From Octopus sinensis (Eukaryota): DNA of 64,000 nucleotides. Shown here in pieces: positions 52,330-64,000 of this stretch. Position 1 is the stretch's first letter. Every line of letters begins with the position of its first letter. The position numbers were made by a program, and so were the translations under genes. The notes under the pieces are model-generated. The model was not told the origin of the DNA, made no database searches, and saw only the letters and a list, made by a program, of their open reading frames with translations. The DNA lies in contig NC_043009.1 of the NCBI RefSeq assembly GCF_006345805.1, positions 16,926,001 to 16,990,000 of the forward strand, written 5' to 3'.

Positions 52330-52520
52330 TAAAATTTTTTTTTTAAAGGATAATCAAACCAAATGTTCATCATTTTGAGCCACTTACCCAATGAGTATTT
52401 CTGCCAAATTTGGTAAAAATCCGTTCAACCATTTTCCAGTAATTTTGCAAACACACAGACAAGCAAACAAAGAGGAGTGATTACAATACCCTGATTTCGC
52501 TTATGCATGCAGGCTAATGA
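52330..52520 (+). mobile_element. Helentron-like element 3' segment
   Basis: CCAAATTTGGTAAAAATCCGTTCAACCATTTT...CAGACAAGCAAACA...ATTACAATACCCT...CGC; ends about 15 nt from the exon 3 donor. Confidence 0.45.
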
Positions 52521-52533
52521 AATGAGCACTTAC

Positions 52534-52674
52534 TGCCAAATTCAGGAGACTGTTTTCTAACACTGTTTCAATATCATTGTTTTCATCATCTTCAAGAGCC
52601 AGGCTCATATATGTATTGATTTCTTTTTGTATCGTGGGATCAGGAGTTCCATCACATCTCATAAAACGCTCCCA
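52534..52674 (-). CDS. DNAI7: DNAI7 exon 3
   Basis: tttatag|TGGGAG...TTGGCA|gtaagt; 141 nt, phase 0 to 0; [25 protein letters not shown]... matches the CASC1 motif W..Y..CDGSPDP...E.NTF. Confidence 0.95.
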
Positions 52675-54049
52675 CTATAAACAAACAAAATTTAGTATAC
52701 ACAATTAGTAAGGATTACATATCTAAAAAAAGAAAACTTATTATTAGAGAAGTATCAAAAGGAAATTTGATAAATTGGAAATATATCAAGTTGAAATGAT
52801 AAAAGCAAAATTTCAAACCAAAAATCAGAGAATAACCCATTTAGTTATCACACAAATTTGGGGGTAGTTCCTCCCTCTCTTAAACATTCTCCTCATTCAG
52901 CAAGAAGTTGCTGAACAAGGAGAATGTATAAGAGAGGGAGAAACTACCCCCAAATAGAGTTAATAAAGGGACAGCTGTTGAAGCTGATACCTTAAAGATT
53001 GGAGAAACATATGTTTGGGAAAGAAATGTCAAGCATTTCAAGAGGCAGGAACCTGTCAAAAAGGAACACCAAGGAAAATATTGGAAGAAGTGCTGAAGCC
53101 TGATTTTATGAAAGAGATAACAAAGGTACTGAGCTGGACAAGACTGGTCCAACACACACAAGCAGGGGAAAATGGACATAAAATGATGATGATGATAAAA
53201 AAAAAAAATTATAAATGTGTGTTTGTGTGTGTTTAAGGAGGTGGCTAAGTGGTTAGGGTGTTACATTCATGATTGTAAGATTGAAGTTTCAATTCCTGGA
53301 GTGAGCAGTGCATTGTGTTTTTGAGCAAAACACATCATTTCATAGCCCCAGCCCACTCAGCTGGCAAAATTCCTGTGATGGGAGAAATGACATCAATATG
53401 AAGGTGTTGCTGAGTGCTGTTGCTTCATCAGCTACAAACAGCCCAATAAGAATGAAATTATTCTTATCAAAATAGTATACAGTAAATTTGCCGATCTGTG
53501 TAAAGCTTGGTCAAGCTAGAATTAAATAATGTTGGACAAAGCAGCAGTGAATAAAAAATATTTGAGCATTTGGACATAAGAAGTGTAAAGATATGTGTTC
53601 ATAGCTGATGAAGTGAGAAGATGCAGGAATGCAAATGTCCCACATTCCAATAACATCATTCACAGCTCAGAAAAGGATTTTCAGCTGGGACTACCGCTAG
53701 AGCAGGTCTTTTCACATCTGAATACACTCAAGTTAAAAATGACTTTACACACATATAAAATTTATAAGCTGCTGTAGGTATAACTGCAATGAAAACTGTC
53801 TGAAAATTATGATGGTTGTGCATGTGATTGAAATATCTAAACAGATTCAGTAAGGGATTTAGAAGTAGTTGTGCTGTTATTAGACAAAAATGTTGATAAT
53901 CACTGCAGAAATATACATTACTGGGCTGATTGTACAAACTTGGTTTGTAGCTTTTGTAGAATTTGAACTCAGAACGTAACAGCAGACGAAATACCGCTAA
54001 GCATTTCGCCTGGCACGCTAATGTGTCTGCCGGCTCGCCTTATATATAT

Positions 54050-54470
54050 CAAATGTGAGGATAAAATTCTTTTCGAAAAAAATATTTTCTCGAAAAAAAT
54101 CTTATCAATGGCCAGCATATTAAAAAATACCTTTAACGGTTAAATTTATAAACAATTCATAAATGAGGGCAAAGGAAAAAATTTCTAATGCCAAATATGC
54201 CGAAAAATTGGACATATTGTCCATTAACCATATAATTTTTTCACAATACGCATGCTACTCGAAAAAAGGTCGACAGAATTTTCTAAAAAAGTCCATTATT
54301 ACCATATCGGACCGATTTCAGAGTTAGCTACTAAGAGCCCTCTCTTCATCAGTGATACATGTGGCAAAAGAAATAAATGAGATACTTACTCATACCCATG
54401 GAAGAAGCAAACACTAAGTCATGAGCACAATTAAGTACCCCAAATACTTCCAAAATAGAAATACTCCAGC
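54050..54470 (-). mobile_element. Solo hammerhead-bearing pseudo-LTR/retrozyme-like unit
   Basis: About 420-bp non-coding block carrying the 54300-54357 hammerhead, between a TA run and a CA run; boundaries approximate. Confidence 0.5.
54300..54357 (-). ncRNA. Type I hammerhead ribozyme, sense to DNAI7 pre-mRNA
   Basis: Minus strand: TATCA CTGATGA AGAG-(18 nt)-CTCT GAAA TCGG-T-CCGA T A TGGTA; stem I 5 bp (one G.U), stem II 4 bp, palindromic stem III; cleavage between 54305 and 54304. Confidence 0.82.
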
Positions 54471-54727
54471 CCACATATACACACACCCATCTTCGTGTTT
54501 TGTTTTTTTTTGTAAATTCTCACTACATATATATATACATATATATACATATATATATCATCTGTGCACTTGTGTGTATGTGCATGTCTTGACATCATCG
54601 GACAGCTGAATGAGCATACGTCACTGACCATCAGACAGACAATGTTGTTCGTTTCCAGTCTTCTGCCTGACCCATGCAAGCATGGAAGAGTGGAAAGGAG
54701 AATACTAAAACAATCACAATGATAATG

Positions 54728-54764
<37 letters not shown>

Positions 54765-54967
54765 CAGTGTACTACATGTCAATAAATTTTAGATGAGTTA
54801 TAGCTAGCTTAGTATATTCATTCTATTATGTTTTGTGAGTCATTATCAGTTCAGAACAGACAATTGGATTTGTGATGAAGGTTAGTTCTCCAGCAGCATC
54901 AACTGATGTGGCAGTGAGATAATAAAGCAAAATATAATTTTACAAAACAATAAAGAAAACTACTCAC

Positions 54968-55072
54968 CCTTTCTTCCTTATGCCTTTGCCAAAGCACATC
55001 TTTGAAATATCTTTCCTGTTCAATCGCCATTTCATCAATTTCCCGAAGTTCCACCACTCGTTGTTTCCTTTC
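54968..55072 (-). CDS. DNAI7: DNAI7 exon 2
   Basis: cctaaag|GAAAGG...GAAAGG|gtgagt; 105 nt, phase 0 to 0; ERKQRVVELREIDEMAIEQERYFKDVLWQRHKEER. Confidence 0.88.
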
Positions 55073-55336
55073 CTTTAGGAGAAAATTTAGTAAACATACA
55101 TGTGTACACACACATATACATATACATATATACATATATATATATATATAAATATATACATATATATATATATATAAAAATAGGAAAAATGTTTTGGTAT
55201 TTATTTTCCATTTTTCTCTTTTGTTTCTTTAATTCTCAATTTTAATATGTATTTTGATTAACATACAACAATAACTATGGATATGTATTGAATGTAATAA
55301 TGGAATAAGCAAATGTGTTTAGAGGAAAAAGGTGCA

Positions 55337-55403
<67 letters not shown>

Positions 55404-55600
55404 AATGTATGAATGAATTATCCTTTGTTTCCAGTTAACACAGAAAATTCAATAAGCAGTTACCAGGGTAGCAAAATTCACGCAAGTAACAAGGATGTAG
55501 CGACCTATTCAAAAGTAGAAACACTGGGTTAAGGTGCAGTAATTTGTATAGTATAAGTAAATAAATGGAGTTGAACGCAGGTGTTATTCAAATTCTTTTA

Positions 55601-55686
55601 CTTTCGACATATGTTTCGAACACAACATTGGTTTTATTCCAAAGGAATAAATGGTTTAAAATAATGTAATCTTCTCATCATGAAAG
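55601..55686 (-). ncRNA. Decayed hammerhead (C3 to A)
   Basis: Minus strand: CTTTC ATGATGA GAA...TTC GAAA CATATG TC GAAAG; downstream CTGCGTTCAACTCCATTT is shared with the 40 kb element. Confidence 0.65.
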
Positions 55687-55756
55687 AAAGAGAACCCATC
55701 TCAACAACAAGACATTATAACAATTTTGATGACTGCATAAATGATAAGGGTATATC

Positions 55757-56625
55757 TATACTAGGTGTGGTGAAAAAATTGTCATCTAAATTACGCAAAA
55801 ATGAAAAGAACACTGACATCGTATTTTAACAGATATATTTACCAATATTACATAAAAATATCTTGAAATTTGTTCAATAAAATTGCCATTGGTATCAATC
55901 ATGGCTTCCACACAACTTCAGAACCTCCTGCTTCTCTTCTGGATGGTCTCCTTATTTAAGTTGGTGAATGCTGCCATAATCTTTGCCTTCAGTTCATCTT
56001 TGGTGTTACAAATTTTGTTTGTCTCTTGCTCAACTGTGCCCCACACATAATAATCAAGGGGGTTGCAGCCTGGGGAGTTAGGTGGCCAAATGTTTGGGGT
56101 GATGTGGTCACAGAAATTGTCTGACAACCATGATTGGGTTCTCCTGCTTGTGTGGCATGGTGCAGAGTCCTGTTGCCAAACATAGAGTCTTCCAACAACC
56201 AACTTCTTGACCCAGGGCAGCACTACCTCCTCCTGGCACTTGATGTAGGCCTCTGCATTGAGTCTGAGACAGTGTGGGAAGATGAATGGAAACATAACAT
56301 CGCCATCACTAGTGATCACTCCAAATGCCATGATGTTGACTGAATGTTTGATTTTTATCACTCTTGGTACATGTTTTGGGGACTCAGATTGACACCCAAC
56401 ACTTCGAAATGTTTGTATAGGAGCTTTCGGCATGAATGCCAAGCAGTACAACATGTCATTTCCAAATTTCTGGTAGAGTGAATTGTGTCATGGCACTGTT
56501 TTTCTCACAGACAATGCTCAACTGACCCTACTATACTGTGTAGTTGATAAAATGAAAAACAAACAATGTGCATGCATGAAATTAAAAATATAAAATGGCG
56601 ACAATTTACCCAACTGCATCCTGTA
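55757..56625 (-). mobile_element. Tc1/mariner (maT, DD37D-like) transposon relic
   Basis: ORF 55918..56454 VWQQDSAPCHTS...WPPNSPGCNPLDYYVWG; degenerate TIRs at both ends. Confidence 0.88.
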
Positions 56626-57159
56626 TATATGATATATATATATATATCATTGGCTTCATGTTAAGAAAAGTGTCTTATATCATCATCATCATCATTGTAT
56701 AATGTCTGCTTTCCATGCTGGCATGGGTTGGACAGTTTGACAGGAGCTGGCTGGGCAGAAGACTACACCTGACTTCTGCATCTGTTTTGGCATGGTTTTT
56801 ACAGATGGATGCCTTTCCTAACACCAACCGACCCGCAGAGTGGATTGGATACTTTTTACATGTCACCAGCACCATGAGGGTCACCAAGTAATTTGCAAGA
56901 CAAGGGGAGGGGCATTGGAGGAGTTGATTGCATGTCAAATGATGAAAGGTTAGAATATGACAGAGAGACAGAGGCAGAAACAGGTGACTTGCTATAGAAG
57001 AGGTACATAGTTACCCAGACAGAGAGAAAGGCAGAGAAAACAATGAGAAGCGAGAGAGAGAGAGAGAGAAAGAGAGAGAGACTGACAGAGAGAAGGAGAG
57101 AGAGCTAACAAGAAAGAGGACAGAAACAGGTGCAAAGGAGATACTTGGGTTACCTAGCC

Positions 57160-58450
57160 AGAGGGTGAGTCTTCTCTCCGGAAACTCATGTCGCCAGACA
57201 TCTCAGTCCATTGTCATTTCCTCCATGAGCCCCAACATCCTGAGGCTGGTCCTCACCACTTCATCCCATGTCTTCCTGGATCTTCCTCTTCCACAGGTAC
57301 CATTCATTTTCAGTGACCAGCACTTCTTTATACAGCTGTCTTCATTCATACACATCACATATCCAAACCAATGTAGTCTTCTCTCTTGTATGCTGCATTT
57401 GATTCCTCTCATGCCCAACTTTTCTCTCACAACATTCATGCTTTGTTATTCATGCACATCCAATGGAGTATACTGCCTTCATTCCTCTCTAGTCTACACA
57501 TTTCCTCTGCATTCAGAGCCCATGTTTTACTACTATGGAGTATAGCCATTGGTACACAAGCATCATACAATCTACCTTTTGCACAGAGAGAATTCTTTTG
57601 TTGCCAACAAGTAGAAGCCCTCTGAACTTCCTCCACCCTATTCTTATTCTAGAAACAATACTTTCAGAGCATCCACCACCGTTGCTAATTTGTTAACTTA
57701 AGTAACAGAAACTACATCAAGAGAGCCTCCTCAGTATTTAAGAGAGCCTAAGTCCTGTGTGCTCTTAGTGCTTATTGTTCCTGCACATCTGAAGCAACCT
57801 TATCTGTTAATCTACCTCTGATTCTACCGCATCTCTTATGTATCCATAGTTTACACTGGGTGTAGCAAATGGAATTACTTCCAACTCCCTTCCTACATAT
57901 TGAGTAGGACCATTTAGCTGATGGAAAAATAGTCTTATCTGTTTTCTTGCTAACAATAACTTTGGTCTTTGCTAGGTTAACCTTAGAACACTTTGATTCT
58001 AGATTTTGCTTCCATACCTCGAATTTCTTCTCTTATTCTGCTTCAGATGCTGCAATAAGAGCAAGGTCATCTGTGTATAGTAGTTCCCACAGGTATCCTG
58101 TCTCCATTCCTATGATGAATAGGAGTGGATTAAGAACTGAGCCCAGGTAAACCCCTACTTGTATACTAAATTCATCAATGTATTCATAGCCAACTCTCAC
58201 CTTACTGACAGTACTACTGTACATGGCATGTATGGCTCAAACAAGATTCTAGCTTCCTTATAGACCACCAGATAACAGAGCAAGGAACTCTGTCAAAAGC
58301 TTTCTCCATGTCAATGAAAGCTAAGTACACTGGTTTACTTTTGGCCAAATACTTTTCTTGCAACTGTCTCACTAGGAAGATGGTATCTGTGGTGCTCCTC
58401 CCAGGAACAAAACCAAACTGCATCTCATCTAGTTTAATTCTATTCCTAAT
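57160..58450 (-). mobile_element. Decayed RTE-clade LINE
   Basis: ORFs 58214..58474 (MQFGFVPGRSTTDTIFLVRQLQEKYLAK..FIDMEKAFDRVP), 58033..58224 (LLYTDDLALIA), 57203..57439 (RRLHWFGYV...GRGRSRKTW). Confidence 0.92.
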
Positions 58451-59112
58451 CAATTGAGCTCTATACATACACACACATTATCATCATCATTTAATGTCCA
58501 TGTTTCATGCTAGCATGGGTGGGACAGTACCACAAGCGCTGGCCAGGCCGAAGCCTGCACCAGATTTCGTGACTGTTTTGGCAGGATGTTACAGCTGGAT
58601 GCCCCTCCTAACACCAACCAATCAGCAGAGTGGACTTAGTGTTTTTTATGTGGCACAAGCACAGGCGAGGTCTTTACAGCTGCATGCCCTTCCAAACACC
58701 AACCACTTTACAGTGTGGACTGGGTGCTTTTCAGTGACACGTGCAGTGACAGGGTCACCAAGTACTTGAAAGACAAAATCTTTTGAGAGGGGAGGAGACA
58801 TTGGAGGAGGTGATGATGAAAAGGTTATAGCGAGACAGATACAGGTGTCTTGCTGTAGAGGAAGTACAAGGTTTCCCAGTCAGAGAGAGAGAGGAAGATC
58901 AGGAATAAAGACAGAAACAGGTGTGCTACCACAAAGAAAATACACAGTTGCCCAACCTGAGGGAAGTGCAGGAGGAGAGAGAGAGAGAGTGGGAGACCAC
59001 AGGATGGAGATGGTGGCAAAATGCCGGGCATACTCACAAGGAATAGGGATCAAAGTATAAATGAGATGGTTGAGTAAAGGAAGAGAGAGATAGAGCTATT
59101 GGCAAATATATA

Positions 59113-59183
<71 letters not shown>

Positions 59184-60063
59184 ATGTATGCATGTATGTT
59201 TACATATATATTATACAACACAGTGTGAATGAGATATACTGAAATAAATTTAAATATTAGAAAGCCTTCACTTACAACAGAGAACTATATAATAATATAA
59301 ACACATTCTTTCAATGCTTTTGATGTGCAGTAAAATGAGGGCTTGGAGTCACCCATTTGCTAATCACTGTTCTGAAGATGTACCTATTCTCTTTCACCAA
59401 TCAATAGCATACATAGAGTGTTTGGCTTATATATATATATATATATATATAACTTCTATTCTTCTTCCACCTCACAATGGACTTACTGAACTGTGACCCT
59501 AACTATAATGCAAGACTTTCGAACCTTTGGTCATTTTCTCTTCTCTTCTGATCGTGGTCGTTGCCAGCCTCAGCTGGACCCCGTGCCAGTGGCACGTAAA
59601 AAGAACCATCCGACCGTGGCCATTTGCCAGCCCCGTCTGGCAGCTGTGCCGGTGGCATGTAAAAAGCACCCACTACACTCATGAAGTGGTTGGCATTAGG
59701 AAGGGCATCCAGCCGTCGAAACATTGCCAGATCAGACTGGGCCTGGTGCAGCCTTCTGGCTTCCCAGACCCCAGTTGAACCATCCAACCCATGCTAGCAT
59801 GGAAAGCTGATGCTAAATGATGATGATGATGATGTGCATCCCTCTATTTTTTGCTCTTTTATCTACCTCTGACTTCTTTGTTCTGATGATGTCTGCCATT
59901 GGTAACAAGGCAAAAATATAAATATATATTTTCCTCACCATGGTACACAGAAATTATCGTAAACTCACTCTTACTCTCACCTTTCTTAACTAATTAAATA
60001 ATGGCTTCTTAGCACAAAAGACACACTTCTTATTGTTATTTTGCCTCCATTTTCTTTTTGTCA

Positions 60064-60098
<35 letters not shown>

Positions 60099-60281
60099 AT
60101 ATATATATATTTTCCAAGAAAGTTAGAGGCTGTGAATCCAACCAACTAAGGGATAATATCTATCCAATCTACTGCTGGTAGAATACCCAATTATTAATAC
60201 ACAAGTGTTTTTTATTGCATTGCAATTACATTACCGAGTGTACTAAATGGGTGAAGGTAAAGAGATATTTTACATTTAATT

Positions 60282-60707
60282 TATAGAGCAATAAGAAAAT
60301 GGAGGGGGTCAATAGGTGGTTCATCTACTTTTAGACATTATATTATGTCAACTTATTTATTTACTAAAATGACAATTACAAGAATATACATACATGCATA
60401 ACATATTATGCTTTACATATAAAAGTATATTAATATATAAAGATACCAGTAAATATTAAAATGTAACAGACAGGAATATAAATTGGGAAACAATTTATTT
60501 TCCCAATTTATATTCCTGTCTGTTATATTTTAATATTTACTGGTATCTTTATATATTAATATACTTTTATATGTAAAGCATAATATGTTATGCATGTATG
60601 TATATTCTTGTAATTGTCATTTTAGTAAATAAATAAGTTGACATAATATAATGTCTAAAAGTAGATGAACCACCTATTGATCCCCTCCATTCTCTTATTG
60701 CTCTATA
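60282..60707. repeat. 426-bp near-perfect palindrome (209-bp arms, 8-nt loop)
   Basis: Arms 60282-60490 and 60499-60707, no indels, about 3 A/G-type mismatches. Confidence 0.95.
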
Positions 60708-60719
60708 TGTATGTATGTA

Positions 60720-62110
60720 TAAGGAAAATAAGAGAAGGCAGAAAATGCTAAAATAATTTTATCCTAAAGAACATTTTATTACTGGTTTCAGTCATTACGA
60801 CTTTTTCAACTTAGAGTAAAGTATGAAAAACAATTAAATTGTGGGAAAATTAAATGAAATGTTTTTTTAAAAAATATATTTCCATAGTTTTCAAATGGAA
60901 GGGACACTTTCCATTTTTCTGCCTGTCTCTGTTTCTCTTTTTTTACTCTTGTGGGTTGTAGGTAGTTAGCAGCAGCTAGTTTGATATAAATTCTTGTCTT
61001 TGATTGTTTAAGCAGCAGTAGTAGAGAAAGGAGGCAGCAGCGGAGAAGGAGGAGGAGGAGAGAATTTGGGTGTGGTATGACAGTAGCAGGATGTTGATGG
61101 AATCCACTTAAATGGTCCAGTGACCTAAAAGTGACACGTTGTGGATGATAGTAGTGATTGAAATCGTTCTGAATAAATTCTTGAGGTGACTGTTTTGAAT
61201 ATATCTTTTTTAATATTTGCATGGGTGTTATTCTAAGGCCCTGGTGACAGTGTCATTTGTTGTGGATGTATTCAAAAGGGGGTTGGTACTATGTGATAAA
61301 GAATGATTCTTTACTAATATGCTGACTACAGGTTGTATCGTCCCTGAATTGATAGAGAGGAAAGATTCTTAAGCTTGGTTGTTTGTTATTGGCGCAAATG
61401 TTGATGTGTTCGCTGAATGCTACTTTTCTGCTTTTTTGAATTTTGATCTGGGATCTGTGCAGAGCCAACCTTTGGTGTAGACTGGTTTTTGTTTGGCCTA
61501 TGTATTGCTTTAGACACCTAGAGCAGGTTACTATGTATATCAGGTTCTCTGAAGCACATGTGAAGTTGCTCTTCACAGTGAAACGTTGACCCTGTCTGAA
61601 AGAGAACTCTGATCCCTCAATTAGATTGATGCCTATACCACAGTTAGGTCTTCTGCATTTTTTTACTGACAGCTTCTGTGTTGTTGTTGAGTGTATTCAG
61701 GCTTGTGTTGGGAAACTTTTCATAGATTTGGGCAATCTTTTGCTCTTTATGATGATGTGGGTTTTGAGAATTAAATTCATTCTGTGGTCCCTTTTTAGTA
61801 GGGGAATGTTTTGGAGGATGGTGTCGAAGGCTTCATTGTTAAGAGGGTTTTGTGTGGAGATGTATAGTAGGGCTTTGGGTTGTAAATCTTTCTTTAATTT
61901 GGGATGTCTGTGTTCGTGGATGTTGAGTTGTAGGTCACGTTGAAAGCATATGTCAATTAGTGATGGTGGGTAGTTCTTGGGGATGAGTGTATCCTTTAGT
62001 TCATGTAGTCGTGTGTCCCTGGTGCATGTATTAGAAACTATAGTACAAATCCTTTTTGATAGATTGAAAGGGATATTCATTCTAGTGTGTCTGGGGTGGC
62101 ATGAATATAA
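60720..62110 (-). mobile_element. Penelope-like element relic (RT C-terminal/linker plus GIY-YIG endonuclease)
   Basis: ORFs 61697..62080 and 61289..61576 share a frame across one stop; linker KKCRRPNCGIG; LIYIVTCSRCLKQYIGQT is a GIY-YIG motif; possible decayed hammerhead near 60775-60815. Confidence 0.85.
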
Positions 62111-62248
62111 ATTACCTATAATTTTTTTATTTTATGCTGACTACCTGATAAAATCATTAATATGATTTTATCCTTCTATTCTAGTATGTGTGTGTGTATA
62201 TACATACATATATATATACATATACATATATATATATGTACATATATA

Positions 62249-62283
<35 letters not shown>

Positions 62284-62897
62284 AGCAGTGAGTAACAAAA
62301 GTATTACCAAACAAAGAGGAGAGCATATTTGCATATTTGTGCTTTAAAGTAAACATGTATTTTGTGTACAGCATAGCATAAATCAGAAGTAGTAACTAAA
62401 CACTCCATGCTTTGATAGGCGAAGGAGATTGGGTGTCTTTTTTGAGGATTGATCAACAAACTGTGAAGTGGTCAGTCATGAAATTCTCATTCCAGTTGTA
62501 AAACATTTGCCACAACAAATTCCATCTGACCCATGCAAGTATGGAAAAGTGGACATTAAATGATGATGCAGTTGATATAGATACACACACACACATGCAC
62601 GCGTGCGCTTGTGTGTGTGTGTATGTGTGTTTATGTGTGTGCATATGTGCATGTGTGTGTTAACATACCAGAGCCCTGCTGTTAAAAGAGGTACTTATCA
62701 TAAAAAAGAACCAATGATAATTTCTTAAACAGACACAAAACCTTAAAGTAAGAAGAGATATTCAAGTAAAAAAAAACATTCGCAACAACAACAATATGAT
62801 CTTACAACGTAGGCAGACCAGTATTTTCACAACTCATTCCATTCTCTTTAAGCAGAATACAAAATTCCTCATATTCATTCTCTCCATTGTAACATAC

Positions 62898-62992
62898 CCT
62901 GGTTTCTTGTCGCTTCAGTTCCAACAACCTAATTTTTTCATACTTCCTTCGTTCTGCTTCTTCTTTTTCTGCTTGGGCTCTTAAGGTTTCTT
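62898..62992 (-). CDS. DNAI7: Dynein axonemal intermediate chain 7 (CASC1/IC97), internal exon 1 of 14 in window
   Basis: tttaatag|AAGAAACC...ACCAGG|gtatgt; 95 nt, phase 1 to 0; (E)ETLRAQAEKEEAERRKYEKIRLLELKRQETR resembles the charged N-terminal coiled coil of CASC1. Upstream exon(s) not seen in window. Confidence 0.85.
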
Positions 62993-64000
62993 CTATTAAA
63001 AATGAACAAAAATTAAATAAATAAACAAATCTTATAATAATTCTGCTTGTCATTGCATTACTTAGTCCATTGGTAACACTTTCACATGATTAGAGAAAAA
63101 GAGGGAGAAAGAAAAAGAGGATAAGGTGAAGAGTGAGACAAAAAGAATGAGAATGAGAAAGAAAAAGAGAGGGAAAGATGGAGTGAGAGAGGAAAAGTGG
63201 GAGGGAGAAGAATCCATGACATGAGGTAGGGGAAGGTAATAATTTTAGCAGAGGGGTGATGTTCTGATGGTGAAGCTAAAGAAAGGCAGAGAGAGAGAGA
63301 GGGAAGAGAGAGGAAGGAGAAAGAGAGAGAGAGATGATGATGGTGGTGGTTGTAGTGGTAGTGACTGGATAGTGAAAAGTGCATATTTTTAATTAAACTA
63401 AGTTTTTTTTTATATCCCCTATCACTTAACGCATGCACATATGTGCAATTCCGTGAAATATTTGTGCCTATTTACATGGCAGATATATGCAATTTAACTA
63501 AAGATTGTTTCATATGTACAGGATATTTGTTTTTGTTTAAGGGAAAAGAAGAGTAAATATTTATTTTATGAGTGCTGCGTATTAAGTCTATTAAATTGTG
63601 CATTAAGTATATAAAGTGTATATATAAAGTGCATTAAGTAAACATCATGTTCCAATTTCTTTCACTTTTCAATGAATAGCTGATGAGTGACTCTCTTTCC
63701 ATACAGACACAACACAGGCTATTCTTTCAGGTTTTTTAGGATAAAGCTTTCAGAAATAATCCACGAAGTTCACCATTAATTCCGTATCAATAAATAAATA
63801 AGGAGATGTGATAGTGGTTATTGTGGTCATGTGCATGTGGTTTGGTGGTTGTTGGTTGTTTTGTCCTAGAGGAAGTGATACCTGTTGGTGCTGCTTTGCT
63901 TAAGCAGGTGTAAACATGCAGATAGTTAGCTGAAGTGACAAAGCATAATCCAGAGATCTGATTTCCCAGCTATATCATGCTAGTGCTACGTTAAAAGCTC

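Overview
AT-rich, microsatellite- and SINE-dense eukaryotic DNA, not prokaryotic. The repeat families look like those of an octopus (cephalopod) genome; this is inferred from memory, not from a search. The whole window lies inside one minus-strand gene, DNAI7 (CASC1/IC97, axonemal dynein intermediate chain 7). I traced 14 internal coding exons between 62992 and 565. All have GT-AG borders and mutually compatible phases, and together give 1703 nt (about 568 aa); the first and last exons lie outside the window. The introns hold three main SINE families, decayed RTE and CR1/Jockey-type LINEs, Tc1/mariner relics, MITEs, Helentron-like elements and several Penelope-like (GIY-YIG) relics. The most notable signal is a set of self-cleaving ribozyme motifs in the introns: (1) a tandem pair of type I hammerheads 482 nt apart (16097-16640, retrozyme-like); (2) a mirror pair of hammerheads inside a 473-bp palindrome (39790-40262); (3) an intact hammerhead in the sense orientation of the host pre-mRNA (54300-54357); (4) several decayed hammerheads; (5) a candidate decayed HDV-like ribozyme at the 5' end of a SINE (28863-28939). 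All ribozyme calls come from base-pairing by eye; none has been tested computationally or experimentally.
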